Virus record (IMG/VR): IMGVR_UViG_3300012940_000092
Location: 1-26,918 of that record
Direction: 5' to 3' (one strand)
Source of the DNA: a virus
Taxonomy: Duplodnaviria; Caudoviricetes
Length of the DNA stretch: 26,918 nt
Shown: positions 1 to 9,322 of the stretch, piece after piece
Layout: each line of letters opens with the position of its first letter
Position numbering within the stretch: position 1 is the stretch's first letter
Program-made: the position numbers and the translations under genes
Notes under the pieces: generated by a model
Told to the model about the DNA's origin: nothing
Databases searched by the model: none
The model's input: only the letters and a program-made list of their open reading frames with translations

Positions 1-119
1 ACCATGCGCCAACCGGACTCCTGCATGCCGGTCGACAACTCTGCGATGATCTCCTCGCGCGAGTGTCCACGCGCGGTCGCCTCAGCGATCAGCAGCGACG
101 GCCCATCCGCATCCACCAT
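1..119 (-). CDS. Probable endolysin (lysin A), N-terminal fragment; runs off the left edge
   Basis: Not in the ORF track. ATG at 119 follows GGAAGTGAGG, just after the stop of the previous gene. Translation MVDADGPSLLIAEATARGHSREEIIAELSTGMQESGWRM shows a helix-helix-QES pattern typical of lysozyme-like domains. Position after the tail genes fits a lysis cassette. Only 39 codons are visible. Confidence 0.5.
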   Translation of the reverse strand, partial: MVDADGPSLLIAEATARGHSREEIIAELSTGMQESGWRM

Positions 120-126
120 GCATGCC

Positions 127-828
127 TCACTTCCATGCTCTGATCCACACCTGTCCGCTCGCGCCCGCGCCGCCGCCGCGCCAGCTGAGCGTCGCGAACG
201 AGCCGCCCGCGCCGCCACCACCCGGCGGGTTGCCTGCCTGGCCGGTGCCCCCGGTGGTGGCACCACCGGTGCCGCCGACGTAGGTGACACCGTTGAAGAC
301 GTTGTCGCCCGCACCAAAGCCCGCCTGCTGCGTCGAGGTGCTGTTGCCCGCCCCGCCCGCGCCGCCGTTGGCGGTCAGACCGGCCCAGCCCGTAGCGGTT
401 GCCGTGGTGTTGCCGCCCGCGCTACCGCTGGCAGCCGACGAGTTGCCGCCCGCGCCACCCGCGCCGACGGTGCCGGTGATCTGCGTTGTGCCGGTTGGGA
501 TGTCGACGCCTCGCACCAGCGTCACCGACGCCCACGACCCGGCGAAGCCGCCGCAGCCACGCGTCGCCGCGCTCGCGCCGCCGCCACCGCCGCCGCCGAG
601 CAGGATGACGTCGAGGTACTCGCTGCCAGCCGGGATGTTGTAGGTGTAACCGCCGACGGTGGTGAACGTCTCGGTGTACTCGACGAACGGCGGCTCGGCG
701 GACCAGACCTCAACGAACGCCGACCCGTTCCACACGTGAATCGACTGCGGCTCAACGAACGCCGACCCGTTCCAAACCTTGGGTGCGCCGTCGACGAACG
801 ACGACCCGTTCCAGGCTTTGAGGCTCAT
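127..828 (-). CDS. Minor tail protein with glycine-rich domain and N-terminal WNGS repeats (233 aa)
   Basis: Three xWNGSxFV repeats, then ILLGGGGGGG...GGGAGASGQVWIRAW, typical of mycobacteriophage minor tail proteins. ATGA overlap with the upstream gene. Confidence 0.8.
   Translation of the reverse strand: MSLKAWNGSSFVDGAPKVWNGSAFVEPQSIHVWNGSAFVEVWSAEPPFVEYTETFTTVGGYTYNIPAGSEYLDVILLGGGGGGGASAATRGCGGFAGSWASVTLVRGVDIPTGTTQITGTVGAGGAGGNSSAASGSAGGNTTATATGWAGLTANGGAGGAGNSTSTQQAGFGAGDNVFNGVTYVGGTGGATTGGTGQAGNPPGGGGAGGSFATLSWRGGGAGASGQVWIRAWK
711..813. repeat. Three imperfect tandem repeats (gaacg[c/a]cgacccgttcca, 39-42 bp period) encoding WNGS motifs
   Basis: Directly visible in the DNA and in the 127..828 protein. 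Confidence 0.85.
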
Positions 829-2624
829 TCGACCACCACATACAGGACGCCAGCAGTGCCCGTGTCGGGCAGCGTCGAACCCATCCAGATGCCTGTCGCC
901 GACCCGTCCACCGACGCCTTGCCGTCGAGCGCGGATTGCAGGCCGGTGACACTGCTGATGCTGTGACTGTGAGACGAATCGGCTTTACCGGCAAGGCCGT
1001 TGTCGACGTAGTTCTTCGTCGCCGCGTCGCCGCTGGCCGCCGGGTCGGCGAACTGGGTGCGACCGTTGGGGTCACGCATCACCATCGTCGTGCCGGACGG
1101 CGCATTGCCAAACGGCACAACGATATTCACACCGTTCTCGTTGGTGACGTAGGTGCGCAACGCTGTGCTGGTGGCCATCACCGCACCGGCGGCGGCGACG
1201 TTGGCCGCGTCGGTCACATCGGCCCCGGCCTCGATGCCCGCCAGTTTGGTCTTCTCAGTGGCGGTGAACGCCTTGTTGGTCGTGCCGTCCACCAGCGAGT
1301 CCGCGTTGATGTTTGACAGCGCGTTGTCTGCCCCAGAGATCGTCTTATTGGTCAGGGTGCGCGCCTTCGACGCCTCGCTGGCCAGCAGCGCCTCAGCGCG
1401 CCGCCCCGTGACGAGGCCGGTGGTGCTGCCGCTGGCGTTGGTGATGTCGGCTTCGGCGATCTCCCCGTAGGTGCTGTTGTGGGTTACCCCGAGCAGCTGC
1501 ATGTAGGTGCCGTCGAAGTAGAACAGCAGCGCCGCACCCGCGCTAACCTGCACTTGCGACGCGGCGGTGCCGTTGTTCGGCGACCGGATCGCCCGCGCCG
1601 TCGAACCGTTGATCGCCAGCGTCGGCGCGGCAGCGCTGGAGCCGTTCGTAAACGTGACCAGGAAGAAGTCGCCCGCTGCCGGGGTGTGCGACGCCCACGG
1701 CGAATCGAGGGTCACCGTCTTCGCGGCGGTCCCGGTCGCCGTCGCGCAGGTGCCGGTCATGAATTTCGCCTGCTTGTTCGCGATCAGGTTCGTGATCGTC
1801 GTGGCGAAGTTCGGGTCGTTGCCCAGCGCGTTGGCCAGCTCCTGCAACGTGTCCAGCGTGTTCGGTGCGCCGCCGACCAGATCCTCGATAGCGTCGGCCA
1901 CCGCGTTGGTCGCCTCAAGCGCCGCCTCAGCAGCAGTCTCGGCGTGCCCCTCAGCCAACCCGGCGGCGTTGGTGGCCGTATCGGCAGCGTTCTGCGCGTC
2001 GGTGGCATAACCCTGCGCATCGGCGGCGTAACCCTGGGCTTCGGCGGCGTGCCCCTGGGCCACACCGGCGGCGAACTGGGCGATCGACGCGGCGGAGGCA
2101 GCGTCGTCGAGCGCCGGAATTTGGACACGGTGATCCGGCGCGGTCGACATCGCAAACACCAACTCGTCGTCGTCGAGCGTGATGTTGTCGACGCTGCGGC
2201 CCGCCGGACCTGCGGGGCCGCGCAGAATCTGGGTAGCCGTCGTGGACGCCACCGGCGCCACGTCAGCCAGGTCGACAGTCTCCCCGTCCTCGGCGGCGGC
2301 GAATGACCATGAGGCGACCAGCCTGCCCTTGACTCGGATCGACACCCGCCATTGCAGGTTCTCCAACCCCAGGCCGGGGTCGGAGGCCAGCAGCAGAATC
2401 GGCTCTTCGGCAGTGGCGATAGCGCCGTCGGAGCCGACGTTGACGGTCACCGCCGGTGGCCGCGAGTACACCACCCCGTCCCACACCAGGACACCCTTGG
2501 TGATGTTGCTTTCAAAATGCAGAATCGCCGACTGCCAGCTCTGCACCTCAATCTCGTCGTCGGCAATGCTGGCCAGAATCTCGAACAGATTGCCGGTGAC
2601 CGAGAACGCGGGAAGCGCAGTCAT
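825..2624 (-). CDS. Tail fibre-like minor tail protein (599 aa)
   Basis: N-terminal attachment domain, Ala-rich heptad repeats (AQGYAAD), the common phage fibre motif APNTLDTLQELANALGNDPNFATT, a DAATKNYVD motif and an HSHSISSVTGLQSALDGK fibre repeat. RBS GAAAGGA upstream. Confidence 0.85.
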   Translation of the reverse strand: MTALPAFSVTGNLFEILASIADDEIEVQSWQSAILHFESNITKGVLVWDGVVYSRPPAVTVNVGSDGAIATAEEPILLLASDPGLGLENLQWRVSIRVKGRLVASWSFAAAEDGETVDLADVAPVASTTATQILRGPAGPAGRSVDNITLDDDELVFAMSTAPDHRVQIPALDDAASAASIAQFAAGVAQGHAAEAQGYAADAQGYATDAQNAADTATNAAGLAEGHAETAAEAALEATNAVADAIEDLVGGAPNTLDTLQELANALGNDPNFATTITNLIANKQAKFMTGTCATATGTAAKTVTLDSPWASHTPAAGDFFLVTFTNGSSAAAPTLAINGSTARAIRSPNNGTAASQVQVSAGAALLFYFDGTYMQLLGVTHNSTYGEIAEADITNASGSTTGLVTGRRAEALLASEASKARTLTNKTISGADNALSNINADSLVDGTTNKAFTATEKTKLAGIEAGADVTDAANVAAAGAVMATSTALRTYVTNENGVNIVVPFGNAPSGTTMVMRDPNGRTQFADPAASGDAATKNYVDNGLAGKADSSHSHSISSVTGLQSALDGKASVDGSATGIWMGSTLPDTGTAGVLYVVVE

Positions 2625-2635
2625 CGATGGTCCTT

Positions 2636-3010
2636 TCAGTCGGCTCTCTCCAGCGTCTCCGCCAGAGTGAGACCCTCATTGTCGCCGGGTGCGGTGAACG
2701 TCCACGATTCGATGACGTTTCCACGGACAGAGATTTCCACGGTCCACCGAACATTGTCGACGGACAACCCTGGATCGTTGGCCAACAACCGAACCGGGGT
2801 CATCGTGCCATCGGAGGCGACGGTAGCCCTGACTTCCGGAGGCCGCGAAAACACCTCGCCGTCCCACTTCAACACGCCCTTGGGCAGCACCGGCACGAAC
2901 AGCACTACCGCCTGAAACCAGCCCTGAGTGGCGATCTCCCCGTCGTCGCCCGCGCCCAGCGTCTGCATTAACTCGCCAGACACGACGAAGGAGGGCAGCG
3001 GCTCGGCCAT
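2636..3010 (-). CDS. Hypothetical tail-associated protein, paralogue of the N-terminal domain of 825..2624 (124 aa)
   Basis: RBS AGAGGAAA. Shares KGVLxWDGxVxSRPP, LLAxDPGL and SWxFxA with the downstream fibre. Confidence 0.8.
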   Translation of the reverse strand: MAEPLPSFVVSGELMQTLGAGDDGEIATQGWFQAVVLFVPVLPKGVLKWDGEVFSRPPEVRATVASDGTMTPVRLLANDPGLSVDNVRWTVEISVRGNVIESWTFTAPGDNEGLTLAETLERAD

Positions 3011-3022
3011 CGACGTTTCCTC

Positions 3023-3361
3023 TCAGTCGGTCGGCGGTTCGGTTAGCTCATAACCTAGCTCAGCGAGCACCTCGGCGAACCCGGCTGGATGCTCAAACTG
3101 AGCCAGTGGCGTCATCCCGTTGGAGGGGTCGCCGTCGGCGTCGAGCACCACCGCGTGCTCGTCAGCCAGGAACACATCGGCGCGGTCAGGCAAGTGACTT
3201 TTAGCGATGGGCACGACGACACCGAATTGATTCAACAGTGCGTTCGCCCCCACGCTGGGAATCGTGACCAGCAAGTACCTACCGTCGGAGCACTGATAGA
3301 AGTTCGTGGTCGGGCAGAACTGCGGAAGCCCCTCCTGCACCAGTGTTGCTGTCTCTGTCAT
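3023..3361 (-). CDS. Hypothetical phage protein (112 aa)
   Basis: Strong RBS AAGGAGG, fits the operon packing, realistic amino-acid composition. Confidence 0.8.
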   Translation of the reverse strand: MTETATLVQEGLPQFCPTTNFYQCSDGRYLLVTIPSVGANALLNQFGVVVPIAKSHLPDRADVFLADEHAVVLDADGDPSNGMTPLAQFEHPAGFAEVLAELGYELTEPPTD

Positions 3362-3372
3362 ACGCCCTCCTT

Positions 3373-3399
3373 AGGGGTGTTCAACAGTTGAACACCCCT
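3373..3399. promoter_or_regulatory. Palindromic operator-like site, copy 1 (AGGGGTGTTCAAC-A-GTTGAACACCCCT)
   Basis: Perfect 13-bp arms around one central base. Intergenic and abutting the RBS of 3023..3361. Confidence 0.8.
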
Positions 3400-3403
3400 G
3401 TCA

Positions 3404-4867
3404 TCACCGATAGAAGATCCACACCACACCCGACGCGCCGTTGCCACCGGTGCCGCCGACGGTCGGCAGAGCGAGGAACGCGCCGCCGGTTCCGCCGCCG
3501 CCACCGCCGCCGCCGGGATAGCCGCCGTGACCGCCGGGGTTGCCGTTGCTGTTGGCGTGACCGCCACCACCGCCGCCACCGCCGCCGCCGCCGCACTTGG
3601 TGAGCGCGCCAGCGCTGACGTTGCCGCCGTTCTTGTCGCCGCTGTTGTTGTAGGCGGTGCCGCCTTGGCCGCCGGGGGCGAGCACACTGGACTGGCCGGG
3701 CGAACCGGCGGTGCCGCCCTGGTCAATGGTGTTTGATGTCGACCCGCGACCGCCTGTGCCGCCGGAACCGGGCTGCGACGCCGTCGACGTGTAGCCGAAC
3801 GTGGTCGACACGCCACCCGCGTCGCCCGGCGGCGGCGACTGCACCAGCAGCGTGCCGGTGTGCGGGGTCGAGTTGGCCTCCCGAATCTGCGACCGGCCAC
3901 CGACGCCACCCGTGCTGCTGGCGCCGCCACCGGCGCCGCCCGCGCCGACCTGGATGTCGAGGTGTGTCGGCAGCGTCCCAACGTCGAGTGCCTGCACCAG
4001 AAACGATCCGTGCAGCCCGCCCGCGCCGGGAGTCGCGGTACCGGCGCCCTCGTTGCCGGTGCCGCCGTTACCGCCATTGCCGCCGCCGATCATTACGGCG
4101 ATGAACTCGGTGATGTTTTCTGGCACAGCCCAGTTGGTGGCGTCCGCCGTGAACGTGGTCACCGTGTAGCCGTTGATGACGGCATCTTTGATCGTCTCGA
4201 TCGTGTACTGGACGTCGGCCACATTGCCGGTGCCACCGCCACCGAACCAGCCGTTCCAGATGGCGTTGACCAGGTTGGTGATCGCCGGAACCATCGACTG
4301 GGTGATGGTTCCGATCACCGCTGCCGGAGCGGTCAGCAGATTGGTTGCCAGGTTGACCAAGTCGCTAGCGACTTGCTGAGTGTCGAGCAGCCAGTCACCG
4401 ATTAGGTCAGCGATGTCCATGATGCGGTCGAAGATGCCGCCGATCAGATCGCCACCCAGCGCGCCCAGCAGCAGGTCAACCAGGGTCTCCACCCACTCGC
4501 TGACCGTCTCGATCGCCTCCGGGATCGACGGGATGTCGATGCCCTTGCCGTCCTTGAGCGAGTCGAGAAACGCGTCCCATGACGACAGGTCGATCCCAGC
4601 GATGTTGTTGACGAAGTCGACGATCTGGGCGCCCAGATTGTTAGCCCAATCGACGAGCTGGTCGAACGCCGCGCCGATGGGGCCGGGCATGAAAAGCCCG
4701 CGCAGCGCGGTCACCACGACTTGCAGGATCGACTCGGTGAGCTTGCCGCTAATGACATTGATCTGGTCCTGGGGCAGCGCATCCCAGGCGTTGATCTTCG
4801 GGAACGGGCCGTGCACGCCGCCGGTCTGCGGCGGCGGATTGATAGCCCAATCAGGTACCTCAGTCAC
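3404..4867 (-). CDS. Minor tail protein with C-terminal glycine-rich domain (487 aa)
   Basis: Amphipathic helical N-terminal half, then MIGGGNGG...GASGVVWIFYR glycine-rich domain. GTGA overlap with the upstream gene. Confidence 0.85.
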   Translation of the reverse strand: MTEVPDWAINPPPQTGGVHGPFPKINAWDALPQDQINVISGKLTESILQVVVTALRGLFMPGPIGAAFDQLVDWANNLGAQIVDFVNNIAGIDLSSWDAFLDSLKDGKGIDIPSIPEAIETVSEWVETLVDLLLGALGGDLIGGIFDRIMDIADLIGDWLLDTQQVASDLVNLATNLLTAPAAVIGTITQSMVPAITNLVNAIWNGWFGGGGTGNVADVQYTIETIKDAVINGYTVTTFTADATNWAVPENITEFIAVMIGGGNGGNGGTGNEGAGTATPGAGGLHGSFLVQALDVGTLPTHLDIQVGAGGAGGGASSTGGVGGRSQIREANSTPHTGTLLVQSPPPGDAGGVSTTFGYTSTASQPGSGGTGGRGSTSNTIDQGGTAGSPGQSSVLAPGGQGGTAYNNSGDKNGGNVSAGALTKCGGGGGGGGGGGHANSNGNPGGHGGYPGGGGGGGGTGGAFLALPTVGGTGGNGASGVVWIFYR

Positions 4868-5712
4868 GGAACTGGAACCACCTTCACTGCGAAGTGCGAA
4901 GCCGCGCCGGTAGTGGTGAACGTGTTGGAGCCAGACTGCCGCTCGGCGGTGAAGTAGATGTTGGCCGGGTCGCCAGCCTCAACGAGGTTGTAGTCCGACA
5001 CCGAACCGGCGGGCGGTCCGCCGACCAGCACGGTGGCGATGCCTGCGGTGTTGACGCCGATCGGTCCCCGGCCTCGGCCGACGATGTTGCCTGACGTCGA
5101 GTTGTTCAGCCGCGCCATCAGGTCGACCTGAACGTCGGCGCCGGTACCGGTGATGACCGACCAGCCCTGCGGGTCGGGCCTCCAGGCGACCGGCTGGGGC
5201 GGGACGCTGACCGTGGCCAGCACATACGACGCGTTGCCTGACGGCGTGTTGTTGATGGTCGCTGGCCAGTACATGTCGCCGCACTTCTGCGGCGCATAGG
5301 TGAACGATGAGCCGTCGGAGTCGACAACGATCATGTACCCCGGCGTCATGGTGCCGTCGAGATTGTCGGCGTCCTCCAGGAGGAACGAGGCGGCGTCACC
5401 CTTCGGTCCCCGGTGCAGTGCCAGGGTCAGCTTGTAGACGTTCTCGCTGATCTCAGTCCACGATGCGCTGGCCGGGTTGGGATCGTCATAGTCGAGTTCA
5501 GTGAAATCGATGGAGGTGTCGATCACCGGCGTCTCGCCGTCGTCGCCCTTGACCAGCGCCGGGAAGCCGCCGAGTCCGCCGCTGGGCGCGGCGACGGCGA
5601 TGAACATGTTGGAGCTGGGGTCCCAGTCCAGCGGGATGCGGAACTTCGCAACGTCGATGACCAGGTATTCCTTGCCGTCGATACTGGTCACGGTCCAGTT
5701 GGTTACCGGCAT
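4864..5712 (-). CDS. Minor tail protein (about 282 aa from ATG 5712)
   Basis: Short collagen-like KGDDG / GPKGD motifs and third position in the minor-tail series. ATG 5712 has RBS GGAAGGG; the ORF track start at 5721 is less likely. Confidence 0.8.
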   Translation of the reverse strand: MPVTNWTVTSIDGKEYLVIDVAKFRIPLDWDPSSNMFIAVAAPSGGLGGFPALVKGDDGETPVIDTSIDFTELDYDDPNPASASWTEISENVYKLTLALHRGPKGDAASFLLEDADNLDGTMTPGYMIVVDSDGSSFTYAPQKCGDMYWPATINNTPSGNASYVLATVSVPPQPVAWRPDPQGWSVITGTGADVQVDLMARLNNSTSGNIVGRGRGPIGVNTAGIATVLVGGPPAGSVSDYNLVEAGDPANIYFTAERQSGSNTFTTTGAASHFAVKVVPVP

Positions 5713-5728
5713 GAGGACCACCCTTCCA

Positions 5729-5749
5729 GGTGTTCAACAGTTGAACACC
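5729..5749. promoter_or_regulatory. Palindromic operator-like site, copy 2 (GGTGTTCAAC-A-GTTGAACACC)
   Basis: Perfect core, intergenic, directly upstream of the RBS of 4864..5712. Confidence 0.8.
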
Positions 5750-5785
5750 CTGTCGTCGTCATCTTTGTAAGTCTGATCGTCATTT

Positions 5786-7534
5786 TTAGAGCAAGCCTTG
5801 ACTCTGCGGAGTGAGCAGCACCGTATTGATGGACTCGAACACCCCCGTCAGGAAGCGCTGATGCTTCGCCAATGGAGATTCCTCCGCCTTGCCGTCTCCT
5901 ACCTGCAAGAGAATATCGCGATGCTCGGCGTCGAGCCGGAAGGTCACAACCTCGACATAGTCGGTGAAGATACGAGTCCGCTCCATGAACAGCACCGACA
6001 CCAGGCCACCCTTGAAGATGTCCTTACCGTAGGTGTAGACCTCGCCGTTGCGGAACGTCACCAGCGCCGACACCCAGCCCCGCGAATCCCACATCGCGTT
6101 GATGAAGCCGAACAGTGTCTCGATGTTGTAGGGCGCGCTGGCCGTCGCGTGAAACACCTCGATGCCGGGGTGATACGGGCCGACATCATCACGCCGCTTG
6201 TAGTTTTGCGCCAGCTGAAACGCCAGCAACGTGTTGTTAAGGAAGCCCTCGAGCAGATTCGACGGGATGCCGGTGAAGCCGATCAGGATTGAGACCGCAT
6301 CAATCGCCCAGGCGAAGAACGCATTCATCAAGTCGTTCAACCACTTAGGGCTTCTACCCCCGATAATGTGCTGCCAGCCCTTCGGGGTGTGGAAACTCAA
6401 GCGGGCGTCGACGACGTTGCCCTTCTCGCCCGGCTCCGGTGCGATCAGCAACGCCCACGGTTCGACGTAGTCCATGCCCAGCAGCTCGGAGATGTAGACC
6501 GCGTCGCGACCAGGCACCTTCTGGATGACTCCACGCACCTCCGAGAAGAACGACCCAGCCACGTCGACGATGGTGCGCACCGCCGAGTCGATCACCGTGC
6601 CGGTGGGGCCGGTGATCTTCGAGCGATCCTTGACCGTCACCACGTAAGTCGGCTGGGTCAACTTCATGAAATCGAAGTTCTGCGTCCAGTAGTCCGGCTG
6701 GTCGTCGCCGGGCAGCCACAGGTTGACCTCGACGGTCACGCCGTAAGCGCGGGTGATGTCGCTGATGACCTGGCCGCAGGTCTCCATGCGCACAGTCCGC
6801 GCGACCAAGGGGCTGGTGTCGAGCAGCGGGTTGGTCCGCACCACGTAGATCGGCGTCTTGAGCATCTGGAAGATGTTGCCGTTGCTCTGAAGCAGCGTAC
6901 CGAACCAGGCGCGAAAGTCGGGATTCAGCGACAGGGCGTTGTTGACGAACTCCCACAGCCCCGACTGCAACCGCAGCGCGTTCTCGCAGATCATCGCCTC
7001 GATGCAAGAGCACAGCGGCCCCAAATAGATGGCGTGGCTGAGCAGCTGAGCCTGAATCGGCAGCCACCAGTTCGGCCACACCACGATGTAGTTGAGGATG
7101 TCGTAGATGCCCAGCAGCGAAGCCGTGCCGACCCACGCGCCTTCGACGAACTCATAGTCGAACGTGTCGACGTAAAACGCCATGCGGATACCGGCGGTCT
7201 CCACGATCACCCCGACCATCGTGGACTGGCAGCCCATGAAGACGTCGGTGAACTCCGACTCGCCCTTGATCTTGAGCTTGGCGGTGGCCAGCCCGTTACG
7301 CGGGTCTGAGCCGTCCAACTCGATCAGGTCGTCACCGAGCGAACCGATCGGTCGCCACAACTTATCGGTGATCGTGATGTCCCACCGCTGATCGACCGCC
7401 GACTCGAAGTCGGCCAGCACCTCGGCGGCGTTGGCCGCCGTAATCGGGTCGCCGTAGGCCAGCTCCTGGCGCAGCCGCTCCAGCGCTTCGCGGCGCTCAT
7501 CGTCGGAGCGGTCATCGTACGGAGAGATAGTCAC
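5786..7534 (-). CDS. Minor tail protein (baseplate hub / Gp37-like, 582 aa)
   Basis: Second gene after the TMP. Size and the IIGGRSPKWLND motif are typical of actinophage hub proteins. Confidence 0.8.
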   Translation of the reverse strand: MTISPYDDRSDDERREALERLRQELAYGDPITAANAAEVLADFESAVDQRWDITITDKLWRPIGSLGDDLIELDGSDPRNGLATAKLKIKGESEFTDVFMGCQSTMVGVIVETAGIRMAFYVDTFDYEFVEGAWVGTASLLGIYDILNYIVVWPNWWLPIQAQLLSHAIYLGPLCSCIEAMICENALRLQSGLWEFVNNALSLNPDFRAWFGTLLQSNGNIFQMLKTPIYVVRTNPLLDTSPLVARTVRMETCGQVISDITRAYGVTVEVNLWLPGDDQPDYWTQNFDFMKLTQPTYVVTVKDRSKITGPTGTVIDSAVRTIVDVAGSFFSEVRGVIQKVPGRDAVYISELLGMDYVEPWALLIAPEPGEKGNVVDARLSFHTPKGWQHIIGGRSPKWLNDLMNAFFAWAIDAVSILIGFTGIPSNLLEGFLNNTLLAFQLAQNYKRRDDVGPYHPGIEVFHATASAPYNIETLFGFINAMWDSRGWVSALVTFRNGEVYTYGKDIFKGGLVSVLFMERTRIFTDYVEVVTFRLDAEHRDILLQVGDGKAEESPLAKHQRFLTGVFESINTVLLTPQSQGLL

Positions 7535-7544
7535 GACTCACCCC

Positions 7545-9281
7545 CTACAGCGGCCACCGCCGCAGCGGCGTCCCGGCAGCGACGATTCGACTGTCGGCGT
7601 CGCCGCCCACGATGCGCACCAGCACGTTGTACACCTTCGGCGGACCGGCCACTGGCTTCGGCGGAATCGGCGACGAGAACCGCCCCTCCAGCAGCGAGTA
7701 CATGTTGCCCTGCGGCGGCTTGATGCCGAACCTCGACAGAATCTCCTCCTCCAGCGGCGAAGCGTTGTTGCCAGAGGCGAACGAGACGAAGTCTTTCAGC
7801 GCCTGCTGCCACCACTTCAACTGTTGCGGGCTGGGCGGGGTGGAGGTCAGGTCGACCACGCCGCGTTTACGCGGGTCGGACCGAATCTGCACAACCTGCC
7901 CGCGCTCCAGCGGGCCGAACTTCACGTAGTCCGTCGAGCCGGGGCCGCTGCCGATGTAGAAGGTGCCCGGCCCATACAGGGTGTAGCGGTCCCACATCGG
8001 CTGGTCGCCCATGTTGATGCGGCGCAGCATCCCCGACCGGACCGCCGTCTCGCCGGGGATGAAGTTGTCGCCGCCCCAGAACCGGCGAACCGACGCCGGA
8101 GGCAGCTCGAGGTTGAGTACCTCGTCGGTGCCCGACTCCATGCCGAACCCCATGCCCCGGTAGTCGGCGCCCATCTTCGACACGCCCGCCGAGTCGCGCA
8201 CCGTCATCACCTCGGCGAAGCCGTGCACGCCGCGCAGCACCTTGAACAGCCGCTTGTCGTCGTGGTTCCCGGCGATCACGCACCACGTCTCGCCGGGCAG
8301 CGGCGGCACCAGGATGATCTTGTTGCGCAGTTCATGCTCGACGCCGTCGACGAAGGCCGACACCTCCACGTTGTGGCGTTGAATCCGGATGCGCACCCCG
8401 TTGTCGCCGGGGGTGTCGCTGGTGCCCAGCCGCACCCAGATATCGTTGTACGCCTCATCCCAGGGCGTCCACGCTGGGATCGAGCCGAAACGCATGTAGG
8501 CGATCTGGAGGTCACTGTCGGTGCTGTAGCCGGTGCGCCGGGCCACCGCCGTACGCCCCTTGTGATTGTTGCCCAGCTTCCAGTTGACCTGACGCCGACC
8601 CGGCCCGAGCAGTGCGGCCAACAAACCCGAGCGTTCCCGCCCGGCGACCATCTCGCCGTTGCCCTCGCCGCCGACGTACTCGATGGTCCACCCGTCGAGG
8701 TCATCGAAGTCGTCCTCAAGGTCGACCACGTCGAAGCGGAACTCATCGACGTCGTCGTAGGACCGCCAGAATGCGTCGGCGGACTTGAACGCCCACCCGA
8801 ACTTCTGCTTGGTGAAGTTGCCGCCGAGCATCTTGTCGACCGGGTTGCGAGTCCACCGAACGTTCGACCACCATCGGCCCGCGTGGTGATCGAAGAACGC
8901 CAGTTCGCCCGGCTTGCGCGCGTCCCAGGCGGCGATCCAGTCCTGCACTAGTCGCGCGGTGGACTGCGGGGTTTTGCCGGAGATTTCGATCTCCATGTCG
9001 CCGTCGATCGGGTCGTACAGGGCGTCGACGAAGGTCACACCGTCCTGGGTGGCGCCCTTCTGTTCGATGGGGCGCCACGGCGGGATCAGTCCGGACAGGC
9101 TTTTGATCTGCACGCTCTCAGGCGCGTTGACCGGATCGGGTACGGCCAGCCCGCCCATCAGGTTGAAGACGATGGTGCCGTCATGGGACGTGTACGACAT
9201 GTTCGGCTTCTTGCCTGACAGCAGCCAATACGCCCCGTGTGGGGTGATCGGGTTGGACGGTATGCGCTTAATCGGAGCCAC
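7545..9281 (-). CDS. Minor tail protein (distal tail protein-like, 578 aa)
   Basis: First gene after the TMP. GATQDGVTF and NMGDQPMW motifs of Dit-like proteins with a large central insertion. RBS AGGTG. Confidence 0.8.
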   Translation of the reverse strand: MAPIKRIPSNPITPHGAYWLLSGKKPNMSYTSHDGTIVFNLMGGLAVPDPVNAPESVQIKSLSGLIPPWRPIEQKGATQDGVTFVDALYDPIDGDMEIEISGKTPQSTARLVQDWIAAWDARKPGELAFFDHHAGRWWSNVRWTRNPVDKMLGGNFTKQKFGWAFKSADAFWRSYDDVDEFRFDVVDLEDDFDDLDGWTIEYVGGEGNGEMVAGRERSGLLAALLGPGRRQVNWKLGNNHKGRTAVARRTGYSTDSDLQIAYMRFGSIPAWTPWDEAYNDIWVRLGTSDTPGDNGVRIRIQRHNVEVSAFVDGVEHELRNKIILVPPLPGETWCVIAGNHDDKRLFKVLRGVHGFAEVMTVRDSAGVSKMGADYRGMGFGMESGTDEVLNLELPPASVRRFWGGDNFIPGETAVRSGMLRRINMGDQPMWDRYTLYGPGTFYIGSGPGSTDYVKFGPLERGQVVQIRSDPRKRGVVDLTSTPPSPQQLKWWQQALKDFVSFASGNNASPLEEEILSRFGIKPPQGNMYSLLEGRFSSPIPPKPVAGPPKVYNVLVRIVGGDADSRIVAAGTPLRRWPL

Positions 9282-9300
9282 TGTTCACCTGCCTTCGCCC

Positions 9301-9320
9301 TGTTCAACTGTTGAACACCC
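9301..9320. promoter_or_regulatory. Palindromic operator-like site, copy 3 (TGTTCAAC-T-GTTGAACA)
   Basis: Perfect 17-bp core at 9301-9317, between the TMP stop (9323) and the RBS of 7545..9281. Confidence 0.8.
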
Positions 9321-9322
9321 CA

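Noticed and set aside
3404-4100. Glycine-rich GGxGG segments as PE_PGRS genes
   Set aside because: No PE domain. Context and terminal motifs match phage minor-tail glycine-rich domains.
5749-5775. Minus-strand ACTTACAAAGATGACGACGACAGG reads TYKDDDDR, close to a FLAG tag
   Set aside because: Two residues differ, it is intergenic and out of frame with both neighbours, and there is no other sign of engineering. Treated as coincidence.
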